NCBI GenBank assembly: GCA_977016875.1
Contig: CDRNST010000078.1
Span: forward strand, 248,001 to 312,000
Direction: 5' to 3'
From: Pavona decussata
Lineage: Eukaryota
DNA: 64,000 nucleotides
Below are positions 60,511 to 64,000 of this stretch, in pieces. Position 1 is the first letter of the stretch; the number at the start of each line of letters is the position of its first letter. The notes under the pieces were generated by a model. That model was not told the origin of the DNA and did no database searches. It saw only the letters and a program-made list of their open reading frames with translations. Position numbers and translations under genes: made by a program.

Positions 60511-60835
60511 CATCCTCGTTCCCAGAGCCTACGATCTTTTGGTCAGCGGTTGGATGGTAGGCCCTGGTACCAGCTGTTACCGGATGTCGTGAATTTCACG
60601 ACATCTGGTAGCGTACGCTCAGTGTGATAAATTACCATTGCGCTTGCTCAGTATTATTATAATTATTGCTCAGTATTGGTAAATAAAGACAAATGCACAG
60701 AAGCGTAGCATTTTTCACCTCATAGGGCATCAGGTTTTCTACAGCCAATAAAAAAAAAAAAGATATTTTTGGATGGACCCAGAGCCACTCGTTCATTAAT
60801 AAAAAAAAAAAGTTGGGGCTCTGGGGACGAGAATG
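60511..60835. mobile_element. MITE with CA...TG termini and 9-bp TSD; another copy starts at ~63967 at the window edge
   Basis: CATCCTCGTTCCCAGAGCC ... GGCTCTGGGGACGAGAATG. TSD CTTCTCTTC at 60502-60510 and 60836-60844. Confidence 0.88.
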
Positions 60836-61557
60836 CTTCTCTTCAGTCTCCGCTCAATTATTACCCGTGAGAGAAGCCTCACAGGAGGAGGGAGGCGAAA
60901 GGAGATCCAAGAACTTTATGCTCGCTTTCTCGTAAATCTAAGTTTTGTAGCAAGATGCTTATGAGAGACTTAAACAAGATGGTCTTTGTCGTAGACTAGC
61001 CTTCTTTTTTTTTTTTTCAAAAGATCGTCGAAGACGTCGAACGGGAGGATTTTCCAAAAATTGAGTACTTTAAAACAGCTCAGAAGCCATACCCTTTCGA
61101 GCCGCACGTATTATTAGTAGATGAAAAACTTCCTTTAAGTGGGTATTAAAAAAAGCCGGGAAAACCAATAAGCTATCAAAAAGTATGAATTTATTAGAAA
61201 CACGATCATATCTTTATAGCATAATCAACTAAAATAATTTTAGGCCAAAACTGCTTCTAAATAATTCCAGGAACTTGGGCGGCTTAACAGGTGTCGTGGT
61301 CCGTCGTGGATCGAACTAACACAGCCCTCAAATTACATTATTTCTACCTCTCGTGGAACATCTTCCTTCAATCTGAAGAAACTGGTATCTGAGTAACAAA
61401 AGTAGAAACTGATATACGTTACATGTAAATAACTGATAATATATTGTTATGAAGCTAATGTGTGTTTTCGACTTTAATTTACATTTACTTATTTACATAT
61501 ATTAGGTCGGCAAAATCGTTAAGATATCACACCAACCGTAAAAATAAAAAAAAAATA

Positions 61558-61598
61558 GATAAATAAATAAGTAAATAAATAAATAAATAAATAAATAA
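61558..61598 (+). repeat. (TAAA)n microsatellite
   Basis: Directly visible. Confidence 0.9.
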
Positions 61599-62144
61599 GG
61601 TAAGTAAATGAATAAAATACAGATATATTAAAATATAAAATAATGATATAAAAATTAAATAGGGAAAACTACGTGAGTTGTATTTAACTATTATTTAAGA
61701 AAAGCTGATAACCTATATTTAAACATTTCTAAGAAAGTTGATGAAACAATGGCCTAAGGAAGGCAGTTCCAGTCCGCTGTAGTTCTTGGAAAAAACGAAA
61801 ATTTAAAAATGTCCATTTTAGAATACAGTTGCCATTTCCTTTCGGTAAAAGTTTGGGAAAAGTTCTTAAATTTTGGTAATTTTGGTAATTTTGGTTATTT
61901 TGATAGCCTTTCGTGATTTTCACTACTACATTGCTGCGTATTTTTGCTGTTTTTATCTGTTACACTAGCTTGATGCATCGGGGAAGATGCCTAAATTAAC
62001 AAGGGGGGCATGTTGTGAAACTAATGTAAGAGTGTGTTTTCGACATTAATTTTAGAATACAGTTGTTATTTCCTTTCGGTAGTTTTGATGGATATTTTTC
62101 AGATTATTTAACATTTTCCTGTTGTTCAAAGATTATAAGTGCCC

Positions 62145-62690
62145 CTGGGACGAAAATTTCATTTTCCATCTTTTTGCATTTTCGTGTAGAATATGACCTT
62201 CTTACTCATGTTACCAAATTTCAATCCTTTACGGCGATTGGAAGTATTTTTTTTTTAGCTTTTTATTCGAGATTTCACGGCCGCCATTACTTGGCCTTGT
62301 TCCGGAAGTTAAGACTCAAATTACAGGAAGTGACGTCATTGGCTCAACACGAAAAATTCCACATGGCTAATTTTCACATGGATTCTACTTCATAAACTGT
62401 ATTCTGCTGTTGCGAACTAAATAACAGTAGAATACAGTTTATGAAGTAGAATCCATGTGAAAATTAGCCATGTGGATATTTTCGTGTTGAGCCAATGACG
62501 TCACTTCCTGTAATTTGAGCCTTAACTTCCGGAACAAGGCCAAGTAATGGCGGCCGTGAAATCTCGAATAAAAAGCTAAAAAAAAAAATACTTCCAATCG
62601 CCGTAAAGGATTGAAATTTGGTAACATGAGTAAGAAGGTCATATTCTACACGAAAATGCAAAAAGATGGAAAATGAAATTTTCGTCCCAG
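62145..62690. repeat. 546-bp near-perfect palindrome (foldback element)
   Basis: Arms ~62145-62410 and ~62423-62690 are reverse complements with few mismatches, around a loop of about 11 nt. Confidence 0.92.
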
Positions 62691-64000
62691 TTGTGCAGGT
62701 TTGCCTACTTCCTTAAACCTTGGCTTGGGCCTCCTCGAAGGCTGAAATCAAGGCAAAATACATAAGGATTTTGTCAGCCTGATTGGTTTCCCTTTCTAGC
62801 TATTTTCTGAGAACAGTTGCGTTGTTTTTTCCTGTTGGTATATTTTGGCAAAACCAATTCTTATCTCTGGTTGGGACCATCTGGCCTTGGCTGAATTACA
62901 GTCGTAGATATGTTTACAGCACACTACTAGGTGTGATTTGAGTGATACTCGTAGATAATATGTAGAATAGAGGCAGATTAGAGTAAATTTGTGTATAATT
63001 GATGAAGTGAAGAACCAGTCCTTAAAGAATAAAGAAGAGCTACAAAGATTCCTGGTGCCTCTCTGCTAAGCCAAGCGAGTGTCCTACAATATGGATGTAA
63101 CTGATATCGTAAGACAGACGTGAAAAAGTCTTCACTTTTTCAGGGAAGAAAGAAACAAGTGAGTATGAAATTTTTTTTCTATAGCTAGAATATTTAAGTC
63201 TCCATGACAGGAAATTTTGTTGACAGGGTGCAATTGAGTTGCAGAATATTTGTTTGTTTTCTTAGAAGGTGGGAAATTTTTCCTAGCTAATGTCAGCAAG
63301 AATGTAAAATTGCATGAGATAGCTGTAAAAGAAAATGTCCAAGCGGTTAGTTTAATCATAAGTGGAAGCCATCGCCTCTGTTTTGGTAACTGGAACTTTT
63401 ATGCAACCCTTTCAAAGAAGAAAATAGCGAAATAAGAAAAAAAAAAGTAGTATCGTGAAATAAACAGCTTTAAAATCAAAATACTTTCCAATAGTTTTCA
63501 TTAATTTATATGGTCATTTGTTAGGATGTTATCCACCGACTCAAACTTTGAACAACCTTGATCTTGAACAATAGAACTTACAAACAGCATAGCTTTGGTT
63601 TGAAACGATAGAAGTTTCTCCCACAAAATCAAAAACTAGAGCAGATAAATGAAAGACCATGAAATAAAACAAGGCTCTATCCGCGCGGTATGTTACTTAC
63701 CACTTTTGAATTTCTTTTAAAACTACGCCGTCTATTTTCCAAAGCTGCCGGCCTTTTCTAGCTTACTTTTTGGCTCATCCACCTCAGCCAACTCGATAAC
63801 TTCCTCCTCCCAGCTGATCAACGCACCAGATTCGCTTTCTCTTCTAAGTTTGTGACGCGTTAAGGAACAACTACCTTTTCGGCATTGCCTTCTCTTGCCT
63901 GTAAACAAGTTCAGATGTACATCATTCTTTTATTGTCACCCATCTGAATGTAATCAGCCTTGAACCTTCCTCGTTCCCAGTGCCTACGACTTTTTGGTCA

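Noticed and set aside
62063-62661. Mirror-image ORFs on both strands
   Set aside because: They are a consequence of the palindrome and show no protein motifs.

Overview
AT-rich, intron-containing animal DNA with three N gaps (4679-4824, 14172-14304, 28397-28733). The repeat families look cnidarian, most likely a stony coral; this is an inference. In order along the window: (1) the 3' ten exons of a mucolipin/TRPML channel gene (+); (2) a complete 19-exon SAS-6 centriole gene (+); (3) a young Ty3/gypsy LTR element whose single open ORF keeps Gag and protease but has lost RT, RNase H and the integrase core in frame; (4) an orphan PAN/apple exon and an orphan signal-peptide exon; (5) three paralogous 3-exon single-Ig type I membrane receptors with conserved ectodomain and TM but unrelated, repeat-expanded cytoplasmic tails; (6) a tandemly duplicated multi-pass membrane protein gene with an intronless coding region, where copy 1 is frameshifted and copy 2 is split by a 3.1 kb composite element (340-bp TIRs, 6-bp TSD, IS3EU-like ends) carrying a Penelope-like reverse transcriptase. 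Five MITEs with perfect 9-bp TSDs plus a RecQ-like helicase fragment point to AcademH-type activity. A branched palindrome in a mucolipin intron combines hammerhead-like and tRNA B-box-like motifs. All exon calls were made by eye and no database searches were run.
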